64,000 nt of DNA, taken from contig OZ242326.1 of assembly GCA_965208325.1 (NCBI GenBank), positions 704,001-768,000 of the forward strand, in the 5' to 3' direction. The notes beneath the pieces were generated by a model that ran no database searches, was not told the origin of the DNA, and was given only the letters and a program-made list of their open reading frames with translations. The position numbers and the translations under genes are program-made. This DNA is from Candidatus Poribacteria bacterium (lineage in GTDB: Bacteria; Poribacteria; WGA-4E; PCPOR2b). Shown one piece after another: positions 49,512 to 58,510 of the stretch (its first letter is position 1; every line of letters begins with the position of its first letter).

Positions 49512-50516
49512 CTATAGCTTGCTTGTTACCCACTTGACTTTGCCCCAAGTAGTTGTAACTTTGTCGGCAGGAGACACCGAGAATGCAACAACTGGGTCAA
49601 ACCAAGCTGGGTTGGCGTTGAATACATCTTCAGTGTTAGTCAGGTTGGTCGGATTTCCGCCGTCCGCATCCATCACAAAGATTTCTCCGTTGCCATCCCT
49701 CAGCGTCGCAAAGGCAATCTTACTGCCGTTCGGTGACCACTCTGGAAAATCGTCCCAATTAAAGTCATTCGTCAAATTTGTTTGGTTGCCTCCATCGACA
49801 TCCATAACGTAGACTTCATTGTTGAAGTCGCGAGTCGACGAAAAGGCAATCTTCCGCCCGATTTTCGGCTGCCATGCCGGCGATTTATCGTCTCCAGGGT
49901 CGTTTGTAAGCCTTTTTTCATTCTCGCCGCCGGCATCCATCACATAAATCTCAAAGTTGCCATTCCGATTTGTTGACCAAACAATCTTCTTGCCGTCTGG
50001 CGACCAATCAGGCTCAACGTCCGTGTCCCCGTGCTGTGTCAACTGCAACGGCTCGACGCCTATATCTCCGTGCTCAACATCTACGAGATAGATTTCGTAG
50101 TTCCATTCCGCGGCCCGAGGAGATCCGATAAGAATGGAAGCGCCGTCCGGCGACCACCTCGGCCCCTTGTCCTGTGCGCCATTTTCGGTCAACCTACGCA
50201 CGTCTTTACCTGCGTTGGACATTATAAACACATCTTCAAAGTGCGCCGCACGATTGGACATGAAAGCAATCCATTCACCATCTGGAGACCAAGCCGGTTC
50301 TGCGTCTTCCCTTTTGTCCTTTGTCAACCGAACCGGATTTCCTCCATTCGCATCCATAATGTAAATTTCGCTGTTGCCATCTCGATTTGATTCAAAGGCT
50401 ATTTTAGCTACATTGGGTGGATCCGCAAATAAACCAGCCTCGAAAATGAGCATAACAATTAAGAACATGCTGCAAGGCCATCGGTATCCGACTTTTCCAC
50501 GCGGTAACATCCTCAA
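49512..50516 (-). CDS. Secreted TolB-like PD40 beta-propeller protein (paralogue of its neighbour)
   Basis: Repeated P.WSPDG motifs; tail SVSPADKVTTTWGKVK. Confidence 0.87.
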   Translation of the reverse strand: MRMLPRGKVGYRWPCSMFLIVMLIFEAGLFADPPNVAKIAFESNRDGNSEIYIMDANGGNPVRLTKDKREDAEPAWSPDGEWIAFMSNRAAHFEDVFIMSNAGKDVRRLTENGAQDKGPRWSPDGASILIGSPRAAEWNYEIYLVDVEHGDIGVEPLQLTQHGDTDVEPDWSPDGKKIVWSTNRNGNFEIYVMDAGGENEKRLTNDPGDDKSPAWQPKIGRKIAFSSTRDFNNEVYVMDVDGGNQTNLTNDFNWDDFPEWSPNGSKIAFATLRDGNGEIFVMDADGGNPTNLTNTEDVFNANPAWFDPVVAFSVSPADKVTTTWGKVKWVTSKL

Positions 50517-50772
50517 CAGCCCTTTCGTGATATGCTATTACAATTCTCGAATGCCATTCCGGTGTACCGACTTGCAAAGTGTTCGCGCCAGACAAAATCC
50601 ATGATAATTGGTGAGTAGCCGAAGCTGCCAGAATTTGGAGGAACTGAATGCCGCAAAATTCTGACAGTTTCGACGCTATTGATTTTACGATAGGTTAACT
50701 GTAACGCCGTCCCCTTACAGGTCTGATACCTGAATACGGCGAGCCATCGTTGCAATTGCATACTCACATGTC

Positions 50773-51576
50773 CTAATCTCGCCGCGACTTGACATAGCCC
50801 CAACTCGTGGGCAATTTGCCCCCGGGTTGAACACTTAATGGGATGCCGCTCATGAATTCATTGATGTCGTCCTCTGATAGTGCCGCCTTAAAAAGAGCGA
50901 CTTCATCAATCAATCCGCCAAACGGCTCCCCAATAGCAATATGTGACCGTTCGCCAATCATAAATAGCGGGTCTCCAACGAATTGTATTTCTCCTTTGCG
51001 ATCTTTGTGATTTGCAACTTCTTCACCGTTCACGTACGAGATTGCCTCGTCGCCGGTAAACACAAATGCGAGATGAGTCCATTCTTTCGAGGCAATCTGT
51101 CCGGAGTCGTACTCACGGTCCTTCGCCACACCGCCTTCCACCAAATTAAGCCACGTCGCCATAGCACCGCCTCGAACTCCGATTTGATGCCCGACCCAAG
51201 GGTCGTCCCATTGCGCTTGATCGTCGTGCGGAACACCTGCGACATATTGAGTCGGTCCCGAGTCATCCGGATTTGCCCATGCCATCAGTGTCAAGTTCTG
51301 AGAAATGCGTAAATCGGCCGAGTTTGCAATCTGTACGGCATTCCCATCTTTTTTCAAAAACTTGACGGCGCCCTTGGGGCCCTCAATCGGCGCGCCGTCA
51401 TTCTTTACGAGTGCGGCGACGCCTTTCATCTGGCCGTCATGCCCGTTTCCGGTTGCGTCTTTCGGATCGCCGTCAAATTTCCAGTACGCTACGAGATCGT
51501 CAACCTGCGAAATCCCCGCGACTGGCATTGCCATCGATAGACTCAAGATGGCTAATGTAACTACAAGAAATTTCAT
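50773..51576 (-). CDS. Secreted LamG-like jellyroll protein with C-terminal SW-x-x-K tail
   Basis: RBS GGAGG, signal peptide, LVAYWKFD, WTHLAFVF, GLIDEVALF and SVQPGGKLPTSWGYVK. Confidence 0.88.
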   Translation of the reverse strand: MKFLVVTLAILSLSMAMPVAGISQVDDLVAYWKFDGDPKDATGNGHDGQMKGVAALVKNDGAPIEGPKGAVKFLKKDGNAVQIANSADLRISQNLTLMAWANPDDSGPTQYVAGVPHDDQAQWDDPWVGHQIGVRGGAMATWLNLVEGGVAKDREYDSGQIASKEWTHLAFVFTGDEAISYVNGEEVANHKDRKGEIQFVGDPLFMIGERSHIAIGEPFGGLIDEVALFKAALSEDDINEFMSGIPLSVQPGGKLPTSWGYVKSRRD

Positions 51577-51688
51577 TATTGCTGATTCCTCCTACCTAAG
51601 ATATGTGTGTTACGTACTCAACCTTCGGTGGTTATTTTTACCCGAGTCGAAGGTTGAATTTATTTTACGAAATAGGAACACGACAGGG

Positions 51689-52471
51689 TTAACGGTCCCG
51701 CTTCAGGTCGCCCCAGGTAGCGGCTAATTTACCTGTCATTTCCACTGCGCCGCCAGGCTCGATTCCATCCATGTCTGCTTGGATTTGTTCTGGGCTTCTT
51801 ACGCCGTTCCACAGTGCAACTTCGTCAATAGCACCCTTGAAAAATTCGCCCATAGCTTCTTTCGATCGAACACCGACCACGAAACTCGGTGAACCCCCGT
51901 ATGTAGTTTCGCCATCGCGGTCACCATAGTTGGCAACCTCCTCACCATTGACGTAGGAAATGGCTGAGTCCCCATCAAATGTAAATGCTATGTGAGTCCA
52001 GACACCGGATTCAATTGATCCCGAGTCGTATTCGCGATCTACGCCAGCGATGCTCACCCATGTTGCCATTGCGCCGCCGCGAACGCCAATTTGCTGACCG
52101 ACCCAGGGATCGTCCCATTCAGCGCCATCATCAAAAGGCGTTCCACAAGCGAATTGAGTAGGACCCGCATCTTCGGAATTGACCCATGCTTCAAGTGTGA
52201 CGTTATTTGCAATTTGGAACATGTCGGAATTCCCGGCATCAATGAAGTCGTCTGCACCATCAAACTGAACAGCGCCGCCCATCGGGCCCGATGTCCTAGC
52301 AACGCCGTTCATCAGAGTACCATGATTCCCGTTGCCGCTACCATCCATAGCCGTATCACCGGAACCCTCTTCAAAGTTGAAATACAGCACTAAATCTTGG
52401 GCGACTCCAATAGAGGTAAAACCCGCCGCCAACAACGCTGCAAGTGCAAGCGTTAAACTCAAATTTCTCAT
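51689..52471 (-). CDS. Secreted LamG-like jellyroll protein with C-terminal TW-x-x-K tail
   Basis: Signal peptide, LVLYFNFEEGSG, WTHIAFTFDG, GAIDEVALW and AVEMTGKLAATWGDLK. Confidence 0.88.
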   Translation of the reverse strand: MRNLSLTLALAALLAAGFTSIGVAQDLVLYFNFEEGSGDTAMDGSGNGNHGTLMNGVARTSGPMGGAVQFDGADDFIDAGNSDMFQIANNVTLEAWVNSEDAGPTQFACGTPFDDGAEWDDPWVGQQIGVRGGAMATWVSIAGVDREYDSGSIESGVWTHIAFTFDGDSAISYVNGEEVANYGDRDGETTYGGSPSFVVGVRSKEAMGEFFKGAIDEVALWNGVRSPEQIQADMDGIEPGGAVEMTGKLAATWGDLKRDR

Positions 52472-52533
52472 TCAAATTCTCCTAGTCTAATTTTAATGTT
52501 TTCAGAATTTTCAGTGTCATCTGTGAATCTACT

Positions 52534-52562
52534 ATTATACTAATTTTCAAAAAAAAATCCAA
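52534..52562 (-). promoter_or_regulatory. sigma70-type promoter for the LamG gene run
   Basis: Minus strand TTGGAT-17 bp-TATAAT about 60 bp upstream of 52471. Confidence 0.55.
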
Positions 52563-52766
52563 GAAAAATATTGAGCGTTGGACATACGCAGATTGACATC
52601 CAAATTTTGGAACGCGGGTTACGGCATACGGCACATGCCAACCGCCTTTTCGATGAGAAGTGTCTGATGCCTAATGGCTTGAACAGATCCAATAATGACG
52701 GACGCACGTAGAATTTTAAAGCCTTGTGAGAGAAGTTTTTGGACGGTTACATGTCACAAATTTTCG

Positions 52767-52795
52767 TTGCAGGCGCCATTCAGGTATGCTATAAT
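52767..52795 (+). promoter_or_regulatory. sigma70-type promoter (extended -10) for the ppa-like/mtnA/E2 run
   Basis: TTGCAG-17 bp-TATAAT with TG one base upstream of the -10. Confidence 0.55.
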
Positions 52796-53030
52796 GTGAT
52801 AAAATGAAAATTAATTTACAGTCTTAATCCCGATACGCTATTTCATAATAGGAGGTGTGGCAAAAAGGCAATTATTTTTAGTCCAATTAACGTGTAGGAA
52901 CCGGAATTCTCGTTAAGAAATGCTGCTATATTTCAACTGAAGAACGGTTGATATTTTTTCTTGAATTTTTCAGATCTCATAGGCCGAGAATACCAAAACT
53001 AACTGTTAGCTACAATAGAAGGTAATAAAG

Positions 53031-53666
53031 ATGAATCTGCAGGAAATCTCCCTTGGACGTCATGCACCTTCGATAGTCAATGTCGTCATTGAAGCATCGA
53101 AGAACAGTCAGGAGAAATATCACTTCCACGCCAAGAGCGGCAGATTTAAACTGGCGTATAAGTTCAGCGTGCCGGTTCCAACAGAATACGGTTGGATACC
53201 AGAAACCATAGCGGAGGATGGACACTTCCTCAATGCCATGGTGATTGGTCGTGAGCCGACTCACCCGGGTTATATCTGTGAGGCGCGCCCGATTGGCATG
53301 CTGAAACGGAAAGACAACGATCATCACATAATTTGTGTTTTGCTGGGCGACGAAGAGTACGCTTCTATTCAGGATATTGCCGACCTGAATATCAATTGGA
53401 TACGGAAGATTGTCGCCTTTTTTGAACCTTACTTTGAGTTGTCCGGGTGGTTGACCAGAATTGAAGCAATAGAGGCGATTAAATCCGCACACGGGAAATA
53501 CCGGACTAGGCGCAGACGGCCGCACACAGCAAGAGGGCGCAGAAACAAACCGGCTCTAAGTAGTTCAATCAATAGCCGCACGCCGCAAGCCGACTTTGGC
53601 GATGACCGTGAGCGAGTTGATGCACCTTATCCGGCGGAGGAAGAGGATGCCCACCCCAACAATTGA
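53031..53666 (+). CDS. Family I inorganic pyrophosphatase homologue with a degenerate active site
   Basis: VNVVIE...KY, P..YGWIP.T...DG, PG...ARPIGML scaffold, but DGDPLD reads DGHFLN. Confidence 0.8.
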   Translation: MNLQEISLGRHAPSIVNVVIEASKNSQEKYHFHAKSGRFKLAYKFSVPVPTEYGWIPETIAEDGHFLNAMVIGREPTHPGYICEARPIGMLKRKDNDHHIICVLLGDEEYASIQDIADLNINWIRKIVAFFEPYFELSGWLTRIEAIEAIKSAHGKYRTRRRRPHTARGRRNKPALSSSINSRTPQADFGDDRERVDAPYPAEEEDAHPNN

Positions 53667-54717
53667 GTGGGTTGATGGCGGCGTACGTTTGATTGATCAA
53701 ACGTTGCTGCCGAATGAACTCAAACAGATAGATTGTGATGATGTAGAATGCGTTTGGGAAGCGATAAAGTCGCTTAGGGTTCGCGGTGCACCCGCGATTG
53801 GAATAGCGGGTGCCTTGGGCACAGTGTTAGGCATCTGGAACTCAAAAGAAACAAGATTCGCTGAATTTGTCGATGAACTTCATGGGGTGACAGACTATCT
53901 TGCGTCCTCTCGTCCAACGGCCGTGAACCTGTTTTGGGCGCTTGACCGCATGAAGATGACAGCAGCAAAGCACAAACATCTAGAGATTGCCGAGATCAAG
54001 CAGGTGTTGCTGGATGAAGCACTGAAAATCATCGATGAAGACCGCGCGATGTGCCGCGCGATCGGAGAACACGGTCTGAGTCTCATCAAAAACAACGATA
54101 CAATTTTGACACATTGTAATGCCGGAGGATTAGCGACTGCTGACTATGGGACGGCTCTAGCAGTGATGTTCAAAGCTCATGAGTCCGGTAAGAATATTCG
54201 AGTCTACGCCGATGAGACGCGGCCGCTGCTCCAGGGATCCCGCTTGACGACTTGGGAGCTGATGCAAGCGGGTATAGATGTGACGCTTATCTGCGACAAC
54301 ATGGCAGCACAAGTGATGAAAGAGGGTAAAATTCAGTGCGTTATTGTGGGCGCGGACCGTATCGCAGCAAATGGAGACGCAGCAAATAAAATTGGAACCT
54401 ACGGCGTCGCTGTACTAGCTGAAGCACATGAAATCCCATTCTATGTCGCTGCCCCAACATCAACACTTGATTTCTCCATAGACACCGGAGCGCAAATCCC
54501 CATTGAACAGCGCCGCGCTGAAGAAATAACAGAGGGGTTTGGGAGACAGACTGCTCCGGAAGGCGTCAAAGTTTACAGTCCTGCCTTCGATGTTACACCA
54601 GCCCGCCTAATTGATGCAATTATCACGGACAAGGGAATCGCCCGCCCGCCCTATGAAATCAACCTGAAGGCGCTTGCCGAAAATCGAGAAATGCCCAACT
54701 ACGCTCAGAGTAGCTAA
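53647..54717 (+). CDS. mtnA: S-methyl-5-thioribose-1-phosphate isomerase
   Basis: VRGAPAIG, SRPTAVNL, THCNAGGLAT, DETRPLLQG.RLT and GADRIAANGD.ANKIGTY motifs. Start moved to ATG 53647. Confidence 0.95.
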   Translation: MPTPTIEWVDGGVRLIDQTLLPNELKQIDCDDVECVWEAIKSLRVRGAPAIGIAGALGTVLGIWNSKETRFAEFVDELHGVTDYLASSRPTAVNLFWALDRMKMTAAKHKHLEIAEIKQVLLDEALKIIDEDRAMCRAIGEHGLSLIKNNDTILTHCNAGGLATADYGTALAVMFKAHESGKNIRVYADETRPLLQGSRLTTWELMQAGIDVTLICDNMAAQVMKEGKIQCVIVGADRIAANGDAANKIGTYGVAVLAEAHEIPFYVAAPTSTLDFSIDTGAQIPIEQRRAEEITEGFGRQTAPEGVKVYSPAFDVTPARLIDAIITDKGIARPPYEINLKALAENREMPNYAQSS

Positions 54718-54793
54718 AATAGCTCGAAGTTGGTTCAGTGAGTTTGGCTTTAACCGAAACACCGCTAACCGGCACACCATTTTAAGGATGAAA

Positions 54794-56152
54794 ATGGCAA
54801 CCCCTGTTGTGATGCCCAAGCTAGGGCAGTCTGTAGAAAGTTGCATTATCGTCAGTTGGAAAAAAGAAAAAGGGGATTCTATCGCTGAAGGCGATTTGCT
54901 CTGCGAAATAGAAACCGATAAGGCAACGCTGGAACTGGAAAGCACCGCTACTGGGACGATATTGGAACTATTTTTCAGCGAAGGCGATGAGGTCCAGGTT
55001 CAGTCCAATATCGCCGTCATTGGGGAACCTGGAGAAGATGTGAATAGCTGGCGGACTGACTCGGTGGCAGAGACCCCCGCGGGCGAAGGCACTTATCGTA
55101 ATACCGGTGCCGCAGTTGAGCCGGCTCCAAACGAACAGAATACCACGTCGCAGACTCCTATCATCCAAGCGACTCCGACACGAACAAGTTTAAATTCTAC
55201 TAGGATATCGCCTCGTGCCGCGCATTTGGCAGCAAAGCACAGCGTAAATATTGCACATATTCGTGGAACAGGCCCTAGCGGCCGCATAATCGAACGAGAT
55301 ATACAAACGTCCCTCGCCGACAGACAGCCGTTGACACCTCGTGCGAAGACTGCGGCGGCACAGGACCACCTCATTGCACCAACCCATGGTTCAGGAATTG
55401 GCGGGCGAGTGACCGCTGGAGATTTGCGTGCTAATGCGATTACACCTTCACCGGAGAGTGAAATTCACGAGATTCCGCTCAAAGGAATAAGAAAGATTGT
55501 CGCCGAGCGTATGTTACGTTCCATGCAATCCACCGCTCAACTCACACTCAATGCATCGGCGAATGCAAGCGCGTTACTCGCGTACCGTGAGTGTTTGAAG
55601 CAAAGCGAGGAATCGCTCGACTTACGAGGCATCACCGTCAACGATTTAATGCTATTCGCCGTGTCAAGGACATTGGCTGAATACCCTGATTTAAATGCGC
55701 TTTTTACGGAAGACACAATTTACCGATATCGGGACGTACACCTAGGGTTTGCAGTGGATACGGCTCGCGGTTTAATAGTGCCGGTAATCCAGAATGCCAA
55801 CACGTTGAATTTGAAAGGCATTTCCCAAGAATCGAAAAGGCTCGCCGACGCATGTATAAAAGGAAATGTATCGCCCGACGCATTGACCGGCGGAACCTTT
55901 ACAGTGACGAACCTCGGGGGATTAGGGATCGAGAACTTTACACCCATTCTCAATCCGCCTCAGGCAGGAATTCTTGGAATAGGAAGCGTAAACCTAAAAC
56001 CCATGGAAATTCAAGGCGACGTGCAGTTTGTTCCGCACATTGCATTATCTTTAACAATAAACCACCAAGTGGTTGATGGCGCGCCTGCCGCGCGGTTTCT
56101 GCAGACTTTATCGAAACGATTAGCAAATTTCAATTTTTTGTTGGCTATGTAA
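54794..56152 (+). CDS. Dihydrolipoamide acyltransferase (E2 of a 2-oxoacid/acetoin dehydrogenase)
   Basis: Lipoyl motif EIETDKA, two peripheral-subunit-binding repeats, GGTFTVTNLG and NHQVVDG. Start at MATPV (or 54788). Confidence 0.92.
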   Translation: MATPVVMPKLGQSVESCIIVSWKKEKGDSIAEGDLLCEIETDKATLELESTATGTILELFFSEGDEVQVQSNIAVIGEPGEDVNSWRTDSVAETPAGEGTYRNTGAAVEPAPNEQNTTSQTPIIQATPTRTSLNSTRISPRAAHLAAKHSVNIAHIRGTGPSGRIIERDIQTSLADRQPLTPRAKTAAAQDHLIAPTHGSGIGGRVTAGDLRANAITPSPESEIHEIPLKGIRKIVAERMLRSMQSTAQLTLNASANASALLAYRECLKQSEESLDLRGITVNDLMLFAVSRTLAEYPDLNALFTEDTIYRYRDVHLGFAVDTARGLIVPVIQNANTLNLKGISQESKRLADACIKGNVSPDALTGGTFTVTNLGGLGIENFTPILNPPQAGILGIGSVNLKPMEIQGDVQFVPHIALSLTINHQVVDGAPAARFLQTLSKRLANFNFLLAM

Positions 56153-56252
56153 CCGAGCTAAATCATCGCAGAAATAGCGGTCGACATGGATTTGGCGAGT
56201 CGATGTGTGCTTGAGATGTCGGAAATAGGTAACCACATAACGGGAGATTGGA

Positions 56253-57041
56253 ATGCCGAAATATGGCATTATCGCTTTATTACTGATCGTACCTATGACT
56301 GCGGGCTGCGCCACACCGTATGTGCGACAATGGGAGTCACAACTTTGGCAAGTGCCAAACGAAACCGATGGCGCAACACCTGAATTCGGCAAGTTCAAAG
56401 CGGAGGATTTAGATTTTGGAATAATCTGTACAGAATTCCGGCAGGTCGGTAATCCAAATAACCGTATCATCGGCATTGGTGTCTCATGCCGCAATGACGC
56501 TAGGGAGCCAATGTCTTTGCCGTTAAATCCAATTCAGGTTGTTGACGTGTCAAAAGTATTGGTAAAACCTCTCTCCCTGAACCACGTTATGTATAAGTTT
56601 TACGGGGGCGGGTTGCGTGAAGATGCACAGATTGAACGCCTTGCCGAAACCAGTAAGCCGTTAGCCGCTTACGGGAGTTCATTCTTGGATAACGTGCTTA
56701 TCGGGGTAATAAATGCATACCGGGAATACGAACACGGGGCAATTATTACTGAATTCCACCGCAAGGAAGCATTGCCCTACGATTTGTATTACAAGCGATT
56801 CACGCCTACTGTACTACCGGCGGAGGTGTCAACAGTCTGGGTAACATATTACCCTTTTGCAACCGACACAATTACAATCATGTTTCACGGAGGAAACGTC
56901 GAAGATGGTGTACTATTCCAGCAACCCCCGCCACCACCACCGACAGCCGCTTCCGATCCACCACCGTCTAATGCGAGACGCCTATTTATGTCATTTTTGG
57001 CAGGGGTCACCATTTGGATTTTTGTAGTTAGTATCACGTAA
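56253..57041 (+). CDS. Hypothetical lipoprotein with Pro-rich linker and C-terminal hydrophobic helix
   Basis: Lipobox-like MTAG-C after a hydrophobic stretch; QPPPPPP linker; terminal TM helix. Confidence 0.7.
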   Translation: MPKYGIIALLLIVPMTAGCATPYVRQWESQLWQVPNETDGATPEFGKFKAEDLDFGIICTEFRQVGNPNNRIIGIGVSCRNDAREPMSLPLNPIQVVDVSKVLVKPLSLNHVMYKFYGGGLREDAQIERLAETSKPLAAYGSSFLDNVLIGVINAYREYEHGAIITEFHRKEALPYDLYYKRFTPTVLPAEVSTVWVTYYPFATDTITIMFHGGNVEDGVLFQQPPPPPPTAASDPPPSNARRLFMSFLAGVTIWIFVVSIT

Positions 57042-57152
57042 CCAACCGCGCAATTTCATTCGGGACGACGCTGAGAAGTTTCTATTACGGTATGTAAAAT
57101 CCCGAGGATAGATTCGCATCGTGTTTTGTTCATACACTACTACACTGAGTTT

Positions 57153-58109
57153 TTAACCAATCCGATATTTACCCAACCCGAACATGGCGTTTTTGCCGAT
57201 GTGTAGGAGTTCCCCTAGCACAACAAACGGCATAAACATCGCTAATTCACCTTCATACGTCACATTACCAACCAGTCCGTCGAACTGCGCCTTCTTATCC
57301 TGCCGCGAGGTATGTTGTGTCACATCTTTCCACTCAAGTGAGGTTTCGGTCGTCTCAACTGTCTTCGCCTTTTCAATTAGTTCTTTAAAGTCGATTTCTA
57401 GCGATTCGCCGCAATGGAAATACGCCAGCGCCGAGATGCGTTCAATCAAATGCTTCCAGAAGATGTGGAACGGCAGCTTATCCGCTAACTTTCCGTCATG
57501 CGCAATCCGTGTTGGTGCCAGTAGGTGGAGCGTCAAGGTATTCAACGAGTCAAAACGCGCAGCGAGCAATGATAAGGCTTCCCTCTGAATCTCGGCGAAT
57601 CTGAGCGCGTTATCAAAATTGTGCACCATCTGCGTGTCGCTATCATAGACCGATTCTCTGCTGTCAGTCAGGACTTGGGTTAACTGAAAGCGTCCACGCT
57701 TCTTGCCAATGCCACTCTCGCCCAAGTCGCGGAAACTGACTAAAAAATATGGGAGGTGATCAATAGCGCGGCCGATGAGTGTAAGTTGAAATGCGAAGGA
57801 TTCGCCGCGGCGGTATTCGCCTTGCGTGCCCAACGGGTCAATTACGAACGGCCTGGGCACATCGTCGTAAGCTGGGAATTGATCCGCGCCCTCGAAGGGG
57901 GCGGTTTCGAAGTTGTAAGGGTAGGAACAGACTGTATTGAGGGTGCATTCTCGGCAGTCAATGGATCCTTGCGTGCAGACCAACTTTCGGAATGCCGGTC
58001 CGAATCCGGCCTGGAGGGTAGAGCCGGTGTAAGGCGGCATCATAATTGTCGATCTCGCCGTTAGAATCACATGGTAACGCGCAAGACGGAAGTTTTGGAG
58101 TAAGCTCAT
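57153..58109 (-). CDS. cas6: CRISPR-associated endoribonuclease Cas6 (stand-alone)
   Basis: G.TL..GFG, Cx5CxxCx5C.Y...FE, VPRPFV, GIGKKRG and C-terminal G-loop GELLHIGKNAMFGLGKY. Confidence 0.88.
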   Translation of the reverse strand: MSLLQNFRLARYHVILTARSTIMMPPYTGSTLQAGFGPAFRKLVCTQGSIDCRECTLNTVCSYPYNFETAPFEGADQFPAYDDVPRPFVIDPLGTQGEYRRGESFAFQLTLIGRAIDHLPYFLVSFRDLGESGIGKKRGRFQLTQVLTDSRESVYDSDTQMVHNFDNALRFAEIQREALSLLAARFDSLNTLTLHLLAPTRIAHDGKLADKLPFHIFWKHLIERISALAYFHCGESLEIDFKELIEKAKTVETTETSLEWKDVTQHTSRQDKKAQFDGLVGNVTYEGELAMFMPFVVLGELLHIGKNAMFGLGKYRIG

Positions 58110-58295
58110 CGGTTTAATCTTTTTACCATCTTGTGTTGATAATTGTCAATGAAAAAATGCACCATCTAATCGCGCCGCAAACAAAACAATCGAGTCGATT
58201 CATGCTAATTTAACAATGATTTGAAATTCTCAACCCAGGCAACGCAGGCTTGGTTATATTCCTTAGTACGGCGGAGTACATCAAGCAGATTAGAC

Positions 58296-58324
58296 TTGTT
58301 AATTTATTAACAACGCGCTATAAT
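58296..58324 (+). promoter_or_regulatory. Rex-like palindromic operator overlapping a sigma70-type promoter
   Basis: TTGTTAA-TTTA-TTAACAA at 58296-58313; TTGTTA-17 bp-TATAAT (58319-58324). Confidence 0.55.
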
Positions 58325-58510
58325 ATACATCATATCTCGTACCGGGTAGGACTGAAAATTAGTGCATGAATCAACCGATTCTAACGTTGATTTTACCGCT
58401 GTCCGCTAAGCGGAGTCCACCGAACCGTCGCAGTATTTTTGAATTAGCGTTGACCGAGCCCGTCTCAACTCATCCTGGACGTTTTTGTACATTTGAACAG
58501 GAGGAATTTT

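Noticed and set aside
48407..50516. Tol-Pal system (tolB)
   Set aside because: The proteins lack the TolB N-terminal domain, there is no pal/tolA/tolQ/tolR nearby, and they carry the sorting-like tail.
37484..52471. Diversity-generating retroelement driving LamG variation
   Set aside because: No reverse transcriptase and no template/variable repeat pair with adenine-specific differences was seen.
53596..53646. Extended starts for mtnA, and likewise for E2 (54674), the epimerase (41638), the NTase (33541) and MoxR (60324)
   Set aside because: Most extensions overlap upstream genes and none has family similarity; downstream ATGs fit better.
56924..56966. CCA/CCG trinucleotide run as a contingency repeat
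   Set aside because: It encodes an in-frame polyproline linker with mixed codons.
57042..58510. CRISPR array near cas6
   Set aside because: No repeated 23-47 bp unit with spacers was visible in the flanking or other intergenic regions.
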